NCBI RefSeq assembly: GCF_006345805.1
Contig: NW_021831690.1
Location: 1-36,517, forward strand
Length of the DNA: 36,517 bases
Direction of reading: 5' to 3'
Source: Octopus sinensis
Lineage: Eukaryota
Below, piece after piece: positions 35,729 to 36,517 of the stretch. Both the position numbers and the translations under genes were made by a program. Each line of letters opens with the position of its first letter. Positions within the stretch are counted from its first letter, which is position 1. The notes under the pieces are model-generated. The model had not been told where the DNA came from and ran no database searches. It was given only the letters and a program-made list of their open reading frames with translations.

Positions 35729-36406
35729 TATTATTATTTTTATAGCGTGCTTTCATTTCACTACCGAGCGCAGCTCTGTGTGCCTTGGGTATGTGCTGTG
35801 ATTTGTTGTGATGCTCTGATGGTTATTCTATGGAAAGTGTTCTGCATAGGATGTGTGCAGTGCCTAGTAGTGCAATTTTCTGTATGTTATATGGTGTTTG
35901 TAAGTCCTGGTGTTTTTGTTATGTATTTGTCTGAATATTTTTTTATCATGCCTAATGCACCTACTATGATAGGAATTGTTTCTGTTTCAGATTCCACATT
36001 CTAGTTACCTCTATTTCCAGGTCTTTGTATTTTGAGAGTTTCTAGAGTTCTCCATTTCTTTTAGAGACACCTTGTCATCAGCCGGTATTGATACATCAAT
36101 TAGAAAGCATTTTTTTTCTTCATGATCTCTGACAACTATATCTGGTCTGTTGGCCTTAATTTCTCTATCTGTGTGTATCGGCATATCCCAGAGTATGGTT
36201 GCTTTCTCGTTTTCTGTGACCTTTTCTGGTGTGTGCCTATACCATCTTTTTTCTGTTGTTATTCCATAATGTTGGCATAGTTTCCAATGTATGTAGGTTC
36301 CAACTCTGTCATGTCTGTGAATATATTCCTTCTTAGCCAAGACTGGGCAGCTAGAGATAATATGATTTATTGTTTCTTGTCCATCTCCACATATTCTGCA
36401 GTTACG
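35725..36406 (-). mobile_element. R4/Dong-clade retrotransposon 3' fragment (CCHC plus PD..D endonuclease), ending in (TAA)n
   Basis: CRICGDGQETINHIISSC...RHD...ILWD...NRPDIVVRD...LIDVSIP. Frameshift near 36040. Confidence 0.92.
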
Positions 36407-36517
36407 TGTGTGGAAATAAAGCCTTACGGCAGGGATACGAGATTTCACAGGCACAGGGAGGAATATAGATGTTGCAAGGACGACGGCCGAACGAAGAAAG
36501 ATCAGGCTTGGCTGCAA

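Noticed and set aside
36407-36517. N-terminal part of the 168-aa ORF as Dong coding sequence
   Set aside because: Similarity stops just before the CCHC motif, and the remainder is unrelated, unidentified sequence cut by the window edge.

Overview
This is AT-rich, repeat-saturated animal genomic DNA. The SINE repertoire and microsatellite load suggest a coleoid cephalopod such as Octopus, which is an inference. I found no convincing host protein-coding exon, and nearly all short ORFs in the track are translations of microsatellites or antisense repeats. The window contains two CR1/L2-group LINE copies joined head-to-head (21286-22822 minus, 22823-25667 plus), plus a third fragment. It also holds several R4/Dong-clade fragments in (TAA)n or (CATA)n tracts, RTE 3' ends, mariner remnants and a non-autonomous Helitron. 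There are about 20 tRNA-headed SINE copies or fragments built from interchangeable modules, and many Penelope-like terminal fragments. Four observations stand out. (1) A U6 snRNA retrocopy is fused to the 3' tail of the same CR1-like LINE family found 10 kb away. (2) A perfect 73-bp palindrome carries a minimal hammerhead ribozyme on each strand, and at least six further hammerhead-like motifs occur in unrelated contexts. (3) SINE/LINE 3'-tail sharing and SINE module swapping are visible within the window. (4) A 261-bp local templated duplication replaces part of a Dong element. Family names come from motif recognition, not database searches.
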